A DNA stretch of 64,000 nucleotides, taken from the NCBI GenBank assembly GCA_973895155.1, contig OZ316899.1, positions 8,926,287 to 8,990,286 of the forward strand. The letters run 5' to 3'. This DNA is from Marsupella aquatica (Eukaryota > Plantae > Marchantiophyta). Shown here one piece after another: positions 50,553 to 64,000 of this stretch; position 1 is the first letter of the stretch; each line of letters begins with the position of its first letter. The notes below the pieces were generated by a model. It was given only the letters and a program-made list of their open reading frames with translations. It did not search any database and was not told where the DNA came from. Both the position numbers and the translations under genes were made by a program.

Positions 50553-53500
50553 TTACCACACTTGCCCCTTCAAGCTGTCAATCTGAGCTCGAAGCCGTGA
50601 GATTTTGGCATCCTTTCCAACTCTGGCTTGAACGGCCAAGGCTAACTTGGCTTTAGCGTCACTGACCTGGGTCAGGGCGGTCGCAAGTTGAAGTCGGAGA
50701 AGTTGCAACTCGGTATCTTGGCTTGAGGCTTCATCCAAGAGCTTGGCTGCCTCAACACAATACTGCTCAATCTTGGTTGTGGCTTCAGCGTGAGCTCGCC
50801 CCGCTTTTACTGCCGCCACCAGCTCTTGGCTGAAGAAGTAAGCCACCTTGCGGGCCATGAACTCCCCCATGTCCCAACCAACTTGTTAGGAGAAGTCGCC
50901 CAACAACCCATTCAAATACATGCCCGGTGCAAAGAGTTCCGGGTTCACCAGGCTGTGCCCAGTCGGGTTTGAGTAGGGACAAACCTTGACTCGGGCAGAG
51001 GCCAAAGATGTTACATCTAGCCCTGGGGTGGTAAGAGTAGAGGGGGAGGGGTTCCCAGAAGGGAAAAGGGGACCCACTTGTACAGTTGCAAAGGGTACCA
51101 AGATTTCCTCCGGGATCACGGCCTCTGGTTCGGGGCCAGCTTCAACCCGCTCGGCTGTGATTGCAAGGGCCTGGTTTTGGGCATCTAGGGTTGCAATAAC
51201 CGCCAAGTCTGGCATAGAAGAAGGTGCCTCAACTGTTGTTGGTGGGGTCAAGGTGGACACCACAGGCGCTGGACTCTGGCTCTCGGGTTGTGGCCGCCTC
51301 TCTTGAGCAGGGAAGACTCACCTGGCTGGGGTGAGTTTGGGCTCGTTGCACCTCGAAAGGGTAACTTGACAATCAAAGTGGGTGTACCACTCGATAATGA
51401 TCTCGATGTGGCTTGCGAGGTACGCCTTTCCCCCAAGGTACAAGGTTTTCCTTCGTCGCTCCATCTCTTTGTGGAACTTCTTGACAATGAAAGAAGCCCA
51501 CTTCCTAGGCCAGTAGTTTTTGACCTGGATCACCTGGGCAACGGATATCTTGCCCCGCAGCTCCATCATGTGGAGAGGATACCTCTGAAACTCCAGCCAT
51601 TCTGCAATCTCCAAGATGAGGCATGTCCTCATCAGGAAACCATTGTCCACCACACCCTCAACCGGGAAGCTTGAAGATTGGTGTGCGCCCCCTTAAAGGT
51701 GTCACATAGGGGCGTTAGTTAATTTTTGAGCTTATTAAGACTTATAGTTACCTCTTTGTGTGTAATTTCAGTGTAGTTGAAGGCTTTAGGCCTTGGTAAA
51801 CTTTGAACCTAGAAGATTGAGTGAGAAGTTAATAGTGAAGTCAATTCAATCTTCTAGGTTTAATAGTTAATCTTTGTAATATTTTAATCAAATCTTTGTA
51901 GGTCATGAAAAACTCTGAATTTTTCATGATTAGATAGATTTTAGATAGAGAAATCTACCCAAAAAAATGTCAGGCGAAATGGACATGTCATTAGTAAGTT
52001 AGTCATTTTTGTTTCGCATATTAACACTTAATTTGGTTCTTTGACACTTAGAATAGTTTTTTGTTTTTGCAACTTTATACTAAATTGGTATCTTTAAGTA
52101 TTTTATTGGTAAACTTAGATTAGTCCAAAAAGTCTGAAAATTTGCCATAGTGGAGACTATACGTAGTAGAAGGAGCTGAAAAACTTTTGGTACTTTTGAA
52201 GATCAGGTTAAGGAGTAAACAATAGTTGTGGGAGATACTTTGAAGGTTTTGATGACTTGGATGTCCCGGTCGGACGATGTCCAGGATGTCAAGGACATCA
52301 ACTCCCGACTTTAGACGGCCAAGACTACTTTCCAACATTTTTCACCAAAAAACTCAAAGCTTTAGGCCCTAGTCGGTGATCAGCCTGATTGAGGCATGAG
52401 ATTAGGTAGGAGTGAAGACTCCATGAACAATCAATTGATGAGATATGGTGGATTAGGTAGTCATCAGTTGCAGACAACAAAGTGAAGCAGTTGTGGCCTG
52501 GAAGGACAAGTCGAATTGGAGAAATAATGTCAAATTACAAGTAGCCGAAGTTGAAATTTGCAAAAAACAAATGGTAGGAAAGCTCAGCGACACCAAATAT
52601 TTTATGGAGCCACATTTGCTTAACCGAATTGGTTAAAATTTGGTGTGAAGGTAGAAGGAAAGTAGAAGCACCTTCTAGAAAAATATGAGCACCAACCAAG
52701 CTGTGGTTGGTGAGAGAAAAATCAGATGCCAGAGGGGGGTCTGCAACTTTCTAGCTTTTGTTGCAAATCTGATTTCACACCTTCAAGCAAACGAATGTTG
52801 TTGTAATCAATGATTGGTGGGAAGATGGTGATGGTGATTAGTTGTGATTGTGAAGCACATGAGATAGAAAGTAGTAAGCTGGAAGGGAAGGTCGAAATGG
52901 AGTTAGGAGTTCCAATCGCAAGTCGCCAAAGTTGAAATTCATGCAAAACGAATGACAGAGAAAATCAGCAATGGTAAATATTTTCTAGAGCAACATTTGC
53001 TTGACCAAATTGGCTCAAATTTGGTGTGGAGGTAGAAGGGAAGTAGGCGCACTTTCTGGCAAAGTATGAACACCAAAAAAAGTCTGGTTGATGAGAGAAA
53101 AATCAGATACCAGAGGGGGGTCTGTAACTTCCAATTTTTCTATGCGAAATTCGATTCTATGATTTGAATCAGTGGACCAGAGTTTGAATGGAGGTTAGAA
53201 GCTTGATTAGGAGCTAGTAAGAGAGGGAAGCACTCAACCCATGGTGAGGTTTGGATTGGAGTGGATTGGAGTGGCTGAAGAGTATTTAAGGATTGTAGTT
53301 CTTGTGTTGAGGGACAGATGCCTTGTTGCTCAAGTGGAAACTTTACCCACATGGAGTGGAAACTAAGATCAACAAGCATATGATCCCAGAGTGGATAGTT
53401 GTAGAGAAATGAGGAGAAGGACCCTGGATAGAGGTTTCATTTGTACCAGGAAAATTTATGATATTACATAAAGTCTCTTTTTCTTGCATTCCTTCTTTGC

Positions 53501-55740
53501 TACGATTCCAATGTTGTAGTTGGCATGAGAACTGAGCTTTAGAGGGATCAAGTACCTAGATGTTACCTTTTACCCAATCTGGTTGATTTACTAGAGGTTC
53601 AGTGAGAGAATATTGTGTTGTGATTTCAGGTTTTCCTTGGTTCGGGCAATATACCTTGGCAGCATATTGGCGATTCCTTATGGTGCTTTGGTGTCTCTAG
53701 TTGTGGGCTTTTGGCAAAGCGATTACAGGTTTTCCCTGGTCGTTGTGTTTGGAGTACTTTAATAAATCTGGAAGTGCAACCTTCTCGCCATGTGTGTTTT
53801 GCTGTCTTGATTTGGCTGCTCTGTTGGCCGAAGTTAGTCGACACCCCCAGGAGTGACAATCTGAACTTCAGAGCTGGGAGGTGACTCGGGAGGTGACAAA
53901 AAGTATTGATTTGGCCAAAGGCTGCTGAAACTTGGGTGCTTGAGATTGGGTTGCAGTCGGGACCAATGGGCTCAGCCCCTAGTTTCATCCTGCAAACCAA
54001 TTGATGGTAGGAGGAGTTGATATGACCCCAACAACATGGTTTGTTCCAGTGAGCTTTTAGCAGGGTGATTTCTTACAGGTTTTCCCTGGTCACCTTGTGT
54101 AAAGAACTTTAGTAAAATTGGCACTCTCATGAGGGGGCCTTGTGGAGAGTTAGGTCTTGTTGTTTTGTCGTTGTAGTTTGTTGTTTTGAAGTGGATAAAG
54201 CTCTCTAGCCTCTTGGAAGATAGAGGTGGGGTTTTGTTTGGTTTCTAAAAAAGTCTGTTCATCCATCTTCCGCTTGTGGTCTCACCCTAAGCTCTTCCAT
54301 GGGAACAAACTGGTAGAGATAGCAATATCTTTGCTTGGGTTGTGTGCTACCCGTGAGTTACCCTCCACAACAATTGGTACTTCGCTCCCTTGCCTCTCGA
54401 GGCTTGTGATTCCACCCAATTTTGTCCCTTGGGTAGACCAAAGATGAGTTTTAGTCATTCCTTGGTCAGGGACATTACACGTCCATCCGCACGGGTTTGT
54501 TGACAGGCCTTGTTGAAGTTCTGGATGAACTCCGTCGTATCTTGCCCATAGTACCTGCAAGTGTTCCAAGGGAGGGTGGCGAGGTTTTCAAACCCTTGGG
54601 CCATGCATGGTCAGCTTGGCCACTACGACGGTGGCCACGGGTAGTCTGGATACTGCAGTCGGCTCCTTCCTCTTCCTACTCTGGGATTGGTTTTTGGGGT
54701 GACTTGTGGAGGGGGACATCTCCCCATCTTCTCTCTCTGGCAGTGGTATTGGTACCGCCATTAGAACTGGTGTCGAGGATGCAACTGTCACCGTGTTGTC
54801 TACCAGGACCACCTTCCGGGTTTGGGCTTGTTGGGACGGCGATGTGTTACCCATCCTGGGTCAGTGCATCCCTGGTGGTTTACGGACAAGGGGTGGAGGA
54901 ACCTCCTTGTCCTTCGAGCTTAGGTTCACCACGTTCACCATGGATCATACCTGAGCGGGCTATACAACCGGTAGTGGGGAGCGGCTTGAGGGAGGCCAAG
55001 GCGGCGTCTGAGCTTGGCTGTTCCCGAGGAGGATGGATGTCGTAGCTACTGGTGCCATAGAAGCTGAGGTTGAACCGCACACTTGGGTCATGGTATGCCT
55101 AGGCTGGGCGAGTGCCTGTGCTTCGGCAAGAATATCATTGAAGTGGTGTCGTTCTAGGTTGATAGTCCCTGGAATTTGGAAGACCTCGTCGGGGAGGCGG
55201 AGGATGGCTTCCCCAAAGCCGATGTACTTATCCCCATCGAAGAAGAGTTTAGAGATCTCTTCATCCTTATAGTACTTGCTTTCAAAGTTGAGTCCAAAGT
55301 CACAAATCCAGTGGGAACGGCCTAGCAGACGGACTCGACATTCAAAATGCTTCTCAATGGCATACCTCCGCAGATTGGTATCAGCGAGCGAAGCGGCAAG
55401 ATGACTTCCTATCAAAAGAAATTGATACCAAAACCGGACAGCTGAACTGGAAAGGATAGGGCCGGTCATATGGCAAGCTGTGTTGGGTTCCTAAGGGGGA
55501 GACAGTGGAGCTGATAGCAAAGTTGGCGCGAGGAGTGAACTGTTGATTTAGAGGCAGGGAAGAGCTTGCCTTTTATACCCTTGCGGGGCGTCGACCAATC
55601 GGCTCCTCCTGCTCTGATAGGCCAAGTCCCTCACGCCCAAAGCGTACCAACCACTCCTCAGGTCCGGGTCAGGGCGTGTCAGAGGGCCGCCTCCGGATCA
55701 GTTATACAGATTTGAGGTAGACGGCCATAACGCGCTGTCC
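50553..55740 (-). pseudogene. Second, inverted copy of accessory region family A (interrupted at 51682-54479)
   Basis: Shared peptides with 3417-5850: DNGF.MRTCLI.EIAE.LEFQRY, LNGLLGDFS, EFMA.KVAYFF.QELV, DEVF.IPGTINL. Confidence 0.9.
51682..54479. repeat. Probable solo LTR (~2.8 kb)
   Basis: Begins TGTGCG, ends ATTACA; non-coding; internal diverged direct repeat (about 52560-52750 vs 52945-53132); no TSD, and about 100 bp of target is missing relative to the other copy. Confidence 0.65.
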
Positions 55741-58176
55741 TGAGGATAAGCAAAGAGGTGGGAAAAGAGGCTCAAGGGACACGCAGGGTGTATGGCTGCT
55801 TGAGATAGGAAACGGTTGCAAACAAGATAAAGTAGACCCTAAGCACTTCCTTTCATCCACATCATCACAAGCAAGCAAGCAAGCAAGCATGCATGCATGC
55901 TTTCGAAACTCAAGCCATTTACATACTCATATCCAATCACAATCAAAATAACTAGTTCAAGCTTCCCAATGTAATCCTCACAAGTCTAAGCCCAACATTC
56001 AATTGGTCACCATTCCTTTTCCAACACTTGATTGCACACAATCCCTTGCAACCTTCTAAGGTACACAAGTTCAAGTGTACATTCAATGTGGTCAAGTTAA
56101 GGGTCACTCTTGGTTGTGGCTAAGACAAGTGGGACATCCAAAGGTATGCAAGGCATCTCTATGCACCATTCAAACATCCAACTTTCAAAACATGGGAAAC
56201 TACTTTCGAAAAGTGACCTAGGGTTGGTCAACAAACTCCTTAACAAACATGGAATTGACCTTAGTCCCTTCCTCTAGTAGAACCACCAAGTATAATCCAC
56301 AAACAACCCAATCCATCAATCGAAAATGCCTTCACTCTTTACTCTTGCAACTTCCCTCATGCATAATAACTACTTTCAAAAGTACCTTCATTCAACCCAT
56401 CTACTTTCAAAAACACCTTCAAGCTCACAACAACATTCGAAAATGGCATGAAGACATTCATTCTAACCATTCCATCACTCATAGCCAAAGCAAGGCATCA
56501 ACACACATCTCAAAAACGAGGATACCTCTCCTCAAAATGCATAGCAAGAAGGCACATGTAGCATCATGGCCTCCAATTAAAAACATGGGTCACAAGCAAG
56601 ACCCTCCTAGCAAAAATGAATCATCACCAAGTGTAATCATCAACCAAGCATTCAAAATCCCTCCATAGCCTATCCAAGCTTCAAAACCCTAGTCTCCTTC
56701 TCTCATACTTCCTTCTATCAACCAAATCTACTTTCGAAGCTTCAAGTCAAGGAGTTTACAAGAGAGTAGTCCTTCTTAGTGAGCCATCTCTAATGCAAGA
56801 CTCCCAAGCTTCAACAAGATTAGGTCTCATCTCCTCTAAGCTTTCGAAAATCTCCTACAAGTCCATTCTCCTCAAAACTTGAAGCAACAAACCTACATTC
56901 GAGTATGCCTTCTTGTGGGCAATCTCTCATGCAAGCTCCTTATACTTCCTACTCACATCCTACCTCCTTCCTAAGGCTTCGAGTCAGCCTCTCCTACATT
57001 CGAAACCTCTCTCCAAATCCCTAGAAAAACCGTCACAAAACTCAATCTCTTCACATTCAAAGCTTCTACTCCATCTATCTCTTCACAAAATTGCCTCTAC
57101 ATCTCCTACCCTCAAAATCCTAAGGCCATGGCCAAGGAGGAGGGCTCCCCTTCACTCATGCCTCATGCTCGAGCTCCCCTCAAGAGGTTCGCTCCTACAA
57201 CTAAAAATGGGACTTAACACTCCAAAACGGCAGCACTTCAGCAGCATCTAACCTCCGAACCCTTGGCCACTCGAACTTCCTCCTTTAGTATCCACGTGGG
57301 AAGGCCCAGGGCACCCACAAGCTCCTCCACTTATGGTTTTAATCCTCGTTGAATCACAGCCCTCGATCTCACACCAATTAGATCAAACGGCCAAAAATGA
57401 GCCAAAAAACCTCTCCTTAGTAACTTGCAAACCAAAAGAGCTTCGACCTTTTTGAAAAAGCCACAACCTCCACCAAGCCCTAACTCACATCTCCACCTTC
57501 AATCCAAACCATCCATTAACCAAAACCAAGATCCACCGTTGAAGTAGATACATTGAATCTGGTCCATTTAACACAAAAATCTGAATCTGGTCCAAATCTC
57601 ACAAAACTGATGCACTTGGTCCAAACCCTCTTACATGCCTTGAACCTGGTCACCTCCTCCATGTATTCAATGAACCTGGTCACCATGTCGCCAAAACCCT
57701 AAATACCTTGCCTGTCGAGCAAGCAACCTCCATTCCGCTGATCCGCCAAATGATAACTTAATCGCTGGTCACAAATGAAAAACATACCCCACAATAGTAA
57801 CAAGGGTGGATAGGCTCGACCTCATCCCTACCTTGACCCTCATAACTCTACTTCCTCCTTCACCTTGGTCAAGTTAGCTCAAGTCAAGTCAACTTGCCCA
57901 AGTTAGAAGCAAAATTGGTTTCAACTTCCTTCACAAAACATGAAGATTCCTCCTTTAGGATGGAAACCTCATGACAACGCCCCTAATCTGATGGTACGTT
58001 TGGCGCAGCACCGCCAGCCCGAGCATGAATGCTCATTATTGACTAAACTTGTCCTAAACATCATGACTAGCTAATTTGTGTTGCTATAATAACTATGGAT
58101 TCCTAAGTCTACTTTGTACATGCTTAGCATGGGTTAAGCCGTATTACTCATTACCAGTCCTGCTGGCGACGTCACA
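55741..58176. repeat. LTR-like non-coding segment
   Basis: Strong A/C strand skew; ends GACGTCACA at the junction with CACTA sequence; left boundary unclear. Confidence 0.5.
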
Positions 58177-58249
58177 ATCGACAACCAAATAGGGACAATC
58201 AGCACACTAAATTCAAAGTATCAATCAATTTCATGCATATTCAACTATC

Positions 58250-61200
58250 CTAAAACAACATTCCAAGAAGCAATTCCTGTTCTGTGACTCTGTGCAGGTA
58301 GTCATCCTCAACCTCATCAAAGTGAATCGCCAGCTGCTGCCTATTGCACATCATCAACCTCATCATATTCCATCTCCCTAGGTTCATATGTCTCTCTCAA
58401 TGTTAAGGGGATGTAGTCAGTCCCTGCCCGAGTTGGAAGTACAGTCTCATGACTAGGATGCTCGAATGCAGCATGGTCATCCAAACTGAACTCTACTTTA
58501 CTTCCATCCATCCGCCTATTCCGTGCTTGGCTATGGCATACTACCCTCCAGCCATGTGACCCCTCCACATCTAGAAAGAAAGCTTGTTCAACTTGGCTAG
58601 GGAAAACAAAAGGCTTAGACTATTTTGGTACTCTAGACCTAAAATTGGCCAACAAGAACCCACCAAGATCACGCTTTGTGGTGGCCCTTGGTCTCTGCCA
58701 CTCTAATTTCACCCATGCTCCCTTCATCAATATTACAGGGACACTTGTGTTACCATAATTCAATACCCAAATCTCTGTCAACTCCCCCACGTAACCCATC
58801 GTCATCCACCCCCTCTGTTCTCCAGAGGTTCTCTGCTCAAACACAAATATCAAACCACAATCATATGATACACAATGGTCACCCTGCTCATATCTCACTC
58901 AAAAATGATTTCCATAAGCTCTCATCCGTTTGTAGGTCAGAATAGACACTTGCGGTGGCACAAATAGAAGATACAAATCTTTCTCCTTATTTGGGTGATG
59001 TCTACTATGCTCTCAAATTGCCACCCAAATCCACTGCTTGAACTGTGGGAATGGACCATCCTGTCCAGAGTGTGCAACTTTTTGCATATCATATTCCCTG
59101 CAATACGAGGTACACATAGTTAGGTCTAAATAACTCATGACAATCTAAGATCACGCTTGGAATAGACAACAAGCATCACAACAAACGCAAGTCAATTCAA
59201 TCACTCACTGACACCATGGTTGCATAGGCTTTGTGTTTGCCAGCACATATGAATGAGCCTTGTCTCAAATTGCAACAGACAGTTGCACAACACGTCCCAC
59301 ACCTTCAGCAACCTCGCCACTCAATCCATCATCTTCACCAGATTGCCAAACTCTTGTCATAGCTTCACCAGATCTAGCCATGTACTCTGTTAGGAACCCC
59401 AACATCTCATCCTTAATGTACCCCAATGCCATGGAAGCTGTGGAAGATTTTTTTTTTCAAAATCCATCAATAATGAGTTTATTTGGGAAATTTTCAAACT
59501 TTTTGGAGCAAAAGACAACGCTTTCTGAAGCGTCCCCACTAATTTGATGCTTCATGAGGCGTTTGCCTTTTGTTACTCTGTTTCAAGTAATTCCTGCTGA
59601 GGACACAACTCAAGTCAGGACGCTTTATGAAGTGTCCACCATGAGATAGACACCGACTTGTGTCCCAGCTCTGAAGTAAAAAAAATAGGCCCGACACTTT
59701 CTGAAGTGTCCCCCACAATACAAGCGCCTTCTGAAGCGTCCTCATGAGTACTTGGAAGACTCGACGCTTTTTGAAGCGTCCGTTATCAAGTCCTTCCAGA
59801 CCTCGACGCCTGAAGCATCCACTACCCCAAAGGCGACATCAACACTAACCCTGACTGAAGCGTCTGCCACAGACCCCGACGCTTTGCAAGGCGCCCACCC
59901 AAACGCCAGAAGATGGACGTTGCGACCAAAACCTCAAATTTCAGCTGACACTTTGAAAAGCATGCACAAGTTCCTTTGTATTTTGGACGCCTCGTGAAGC
60001 ATCCACCAAACTCGTGACACTTGGAAAAATTTTGGTTTTCCATTTTTTATAACATTGCGACAATGTTACCGATTTATTTGAAGCACTTAGAGATCTTGGA
60101 AAAATCTGAAACTTTGCAAGCATAAAGACTATATGTAGTAGAGTGCCCTAGGAAAGTTTCACCTCATTTTGACTTTAAGTTTAAAAGTTAAAATTATATT
60201 AATATCATTGTTTATTTGTTTTACCAAAAACACCGACGCTTTTTCACTTTCCATTGCATTTTTCACTCACTTCATCTTTTCTCAGGCTACCCCTTTAGAT
60301 ATTTGAGATTTGAAAAGTTATATCCCTTCAGTTCCCTTTTGTTAGAAGTCTACACCTATAAGACCCCTTAGTTTATCCATCTCAAGGGGGACAAACTTTA
60401 TTTAGAAGGAGAAGTTTTGAATAGTTTTTTCCACCTTCCATTTTAACAAGGATGTCTTGTATGGAAATAAAGCATGTGTTATCAATTGTGAATGAATTCA
60501 GGAGATTCCTTTGGGTGACTGAATTTTTAAATCACAACCTTTTGGGATTCTTATCAAATTCACCGCTAAGCTTGCTTGATGTGTCAAGATTCGTTAGCTA
60601 ATTCAAGAATAGATGTTTCAATTGAGGGAGCAAAATTTCGTCTTTAGAGTATCATAGTACCATTGTTTTACTTTGGCATATGTATTAGAGTTTGATTTGA
60701 ATTGCGTTCCGCTGACAATCAAACCATGTTGACGGCATTTTAATACATATCTCAGTAAATCAACCATAAATTACTGTGGATTTGGTGAGCAAGAGAATCC
60801 TTTTATTTTTCATCTTTATAATTCCAAAAGAAAATAGAGGATCTGACTTAATAGTTTTAATTCTGTCTACATTGAGTCCATAGTCCTTTCTGAAGGAGTG
60901 ACAGTAGCATGTTAAAACCAATCCAATCATAGATTTCTTCTTCCTTTTGGATTTATGACTCAAGAGTTATCTTTTCCTTGTGTTTTGTTAATTTTATTTT
61001 TTGTTTGAGATTGAAAGTTTTAGAGCGAGAGCTCTAATCCATCCAAATTTGTTAATTCATTCAATCTATTTCCACTCTATTCTTAAAGGGATCGAATTCC
61101 AAGTTTTTAAGGTTATATTGTTACTTTGTGTTCTTTTGGCCATACAATAGAAGCCTTTGGCCTATAGTATGTTCTCACATGACCTTTCAACAACTTTATG

Positions 61201-62759
61201 TATCGCTCCATAGGGTACATCCATCTGGTACTAACTGGCCCATACTGCCCTAGCTCTTCTACCACATGGATTAGGAGATGAGTTATAACATCAAAGAAAG
61301 CAGGGGGAAGTATATCTCCAAGTCACAGAGGACATAAGCAACATCTTGCTTCAACTGCTCCAATCCTTGGGGATCCCACACTTTCACCTATATACGGCGG
61401 AATACATTGCACAGTTGAAGAATGACATTACGGACCTCTGAGGCATAGGGGCAAAATGTGTTGCATCAGCACATGTAGTCATGTGTTTTCATACTGTCAA
61501 GTTTATTCTTTGTAATATGCTTCTTGAAGGCACCAGCATAGCGAGAGGGCACTTTCAAACAGCTCAATCTATACAAGAATGTCTTCCATTGTTCCTGTGT
61601 GCACACATAGGGAGCTTGGAACTTGAGAAGTACATTGGGATTGCTTGCATGGGGCTTCAACCAGAGGTGAGGGCGCACCCCCTTCTATTGCATATCAGCT
61701 CAAACTGCTCCTGTATCTTTCTCAATGTGCATGATGTCCACATTGTGTTTGCTGGGCTCAAATTCCTACACTCCACAAAGCAAAGAATTCAACAATAGAA
61801 ACATTAATTAACCAAATAGGATGTTTGTAACCAACATCTATCCACCGTTGCTCCAATCTAAAATTGCAATCATGCAGGGGCTGGAGGTTAAGTACATTAC
61901 CCTCCAGTGTTCCAACTCCAAGTTTATCAAGGTCTGTCTTTTCACATCATGTTTCACCAATGGATCCTCAAGCTCTTCTACAGTGGCAACTCTTTTATCC
62001 CAATCAGCCTTCTTGGCTGCCCACCTCAGGACTTGTTTTCTGGTGACCCTCTGTGGTGGGCCACAAAGCTCTGTTTTGATGTTGAAGTGTGCAATTTGAG
62101 ACCGTCTATGTCTGTGAGGATGATCAACAAGCAGATACCTTCTATGCCCCTGAAATTTCATATTGTGCAGGGCATGCGACCACTCACTTGTCACATTTTT
62201 CCCACATGGTGTGCACCCCACGTAACCCTTTGTCACTCGTCTAGATATGATGCCATGGCCTGGGTAATCTGCTATATCCAACAAACAAATTGCATGCAAT
62301 TTAAAAGGGCTGGGTCAAAGGAGCCCCTTCAGAACATCATGGGTTAACACCCATTTTATCCACAAAGTCGTCCACTCTTCCATTGCTGGAGCCAGCATGA
62401 TATCTATGAATTGCTTGGTCACAGAAGCTGGTCCAAGGAATAGCAACACCATCATCACAAAAAACCTCTTTGTATTCATCCATGGGGGAAGGTTGTAATT
62501 TAGCAGCATAACTGGCCAACATGAATAACGGTTGTTTTAGTCTCCAAATGGGTTTACTCCATCCAGTGTTAGACCAAATCAAAAGTTCCGCTTCTCTACA
62601 GAAAACTGTGGCCACCTCTCATCAACAAATTCCAATGGGTTGGAATCTCCAATGTGACGTTGGAGGCCATCACTACTCTTGTTATCAGGTGTCCATGTCA
62701 TCAGCTTGGAAATGGTAGGGCATCTAAATAGACGTTGTAGTCTAGGAATGAGAGGAAAA
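58250..62759 (-). pseudogene. Second degenerate TnpD-like CACTA transposase
   Basis: FPLIPRL, LLNYNLPPW, ADYPGHG, MKTHDY, RWMYPMERY, RPKASMA (after LTR removal), FPSQVEQAFF. Confidence 0.92.
59439..61149 (+). repeat. Solo LTR (1711 bp) with 5-bp TSD
   Basis: Starts TGTGGAAG; GAAGC on both sides (59434-59438, 61150-61154); removal restores the RPKASMA motif. Confidence 0.92.
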
Positions 62760-63308
62760 CACTAGTACATTTTCAGTGTTTTTCCGATGCTCCGGTATCG
62801 CGAGCACTCAGAGGGGTAGTCACTGATATCAGTTATCAGTTTGGTCGCCTTGAAATTTCTGAATCTCAGCTGAGCAGCTGAGATAGGGCCTTCGCACTTT
62901 CGCGCATCTCAACTGACCTCGCCGAGATCGGCGTAAGGACAAAAAAAATTTCAAAAATTCTCAAACAAAAAAAATCTAAAAAAAAATTCCGACAAAATTC
63001 GGTGTCCGTACCGTACGGACATCGGACTATCTCGGCAGGTCTCGCCGAGAAGTGGTGTCCGTACGGTACGGACACCCATAGTGAAAATAATATTTTGGGG
63101 GAATTTTATTTTTTTTGGAGAATTTTTGGAAAAAAAATTAATTTTGTTTTTCATTTTTTTTGGCCTTACGCCAATCTCGGCGAGGTCAGCTGAGATGCGC
63201 AAAAGTTTTTTTTTCACATTTTCTTCGGCGCCCCAACTTGGCGGCCTCTCTAAGATGACGTGGCGACTGATATCAGGTCGACTAATGGAAAACACTGATA
63301 ATTGATGA
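62760..63308. mobile_element. Non-autonomous CACTA-like fold-back element end
   Basis: Starts CACTAGTACA where TnpD is cut; nested inverted repeats centred near 63037. Confidence 0.65.
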
Positions 63309-64000
63309 TGTAGCTTTACTCGCACTCAGACGTATATTTTTAAACTTTTTGACTTTACTTGAAGCTTCCCCAAGTCAATCGGTTACCCCTTAATACATTA
63401 TAAGCCTCAAAGGATCATCTTGGAGAAAGTTGAGGAGTTTGGATTTTTTCCGGAACAATCGCTTTCGAAGCTATCCGAAAGAAATTGCTCTGAAAGCTGC
63501 AAAATCGGTTTAGACTTTCGACTGGAACTTTGACAAATGATTACGGATCGGCCCAATGTTGGTTTGAGGAGATTTTTAGTGCGTTGGAAAGTTATTTCCA
63601 AGGGCTACAATGAAAATTTTAGTTTGGACCCAAAAGACCAACTTCAAAATATCCCAAACCAATTCTCCGAGGTTTTTTGGCATATGTTACTTAAACCGTT
63701 TTCTATCTCTTTTGCACCTCTTGAGCTTTTCCATTAGATAGAATAAGATATAGAGAGAATTAGATTAGGACACTCTTAGGAGTTAGATTTAGAGAGTCTT
63801 AGTTTGATCTCACCTTTTAGGACTTTAAGTTTAGATAAGAAAAGGTTTGTAGACTTTTAAACCTTTTGGCATCTCAAGCCTTTTGAGGGAGCCTACAATT
63901 GGACTCCCAAGACCATTTTTAATTTTATTTTCCTTTGAATATTAATCTCTGACCATTTTGGGTCTTTCTCTCATGCCAATCTTGGGCTTAGGAGAGAAGA
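63309..64000. repeat. Probable LTR start running off the window
   Basis: TGTAGC start where the fold-back symmetry stops; AT-rich non-coding. Confidence 0.35.

Noticed and set aside
55868-55900. (GCAA)n(GCAT)n microsatellite
   Set aside because: Ordinary simple repeat inside LTR-like sequence
59515-60010. CRISPR-like palindromic repeats with spacers
   Set aside because: Repeats are degenerate, spacing is irregular, they sit inside a TSD-flanked LTR, and no cas genes are present
348-63737. Numerous short antisense or overlapping ORFs in the track
   Set aside because: Shadows of TE coding frames or chance ORFs in LTRs and repeats

Overview
Eukaryotic, gene-free region made almost entirely of nested, decayed transposable elements. 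The element families suggest a non-seed land plant such as a bryophyte; this is an inference. No host gene, rRNA, tRNA or CRISPR array is supportable. Contents in order: the 3' end of a Gypsy element; a non-chromoviral Gypsy integrase with 3' accessory ORFs (a second, inverted copy lies at about 50.5-55.7 kb); a Sola1-like DDE transposase fragment; a chromoviral gag/PBS/LTR fragment; a Gypsy pol carrying a C5 cytosine methyltransferase domain between protease and RT and a PHD finger after integrase (11.85-20.77 kb); a MULE-like fragment; several CACTA (En/Spm) elements; and several solo LTRs. One CACTA is structurally complete (32228-48284, 14-bp TIRs, AGG TSD) and carries a cargo gene with an RNase H1/caulimovirus-P6-type hybrid-binding domain. 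The most interesting signals are transposon-borne chromatin and silencing modules: DNMT plus PHD in a retrotransposon, the hybrid-binding cargo gene, and GW/RGG-rich exons in a TnpA-like gene. All domain calls come from motif recognition by eye, not from database searches.
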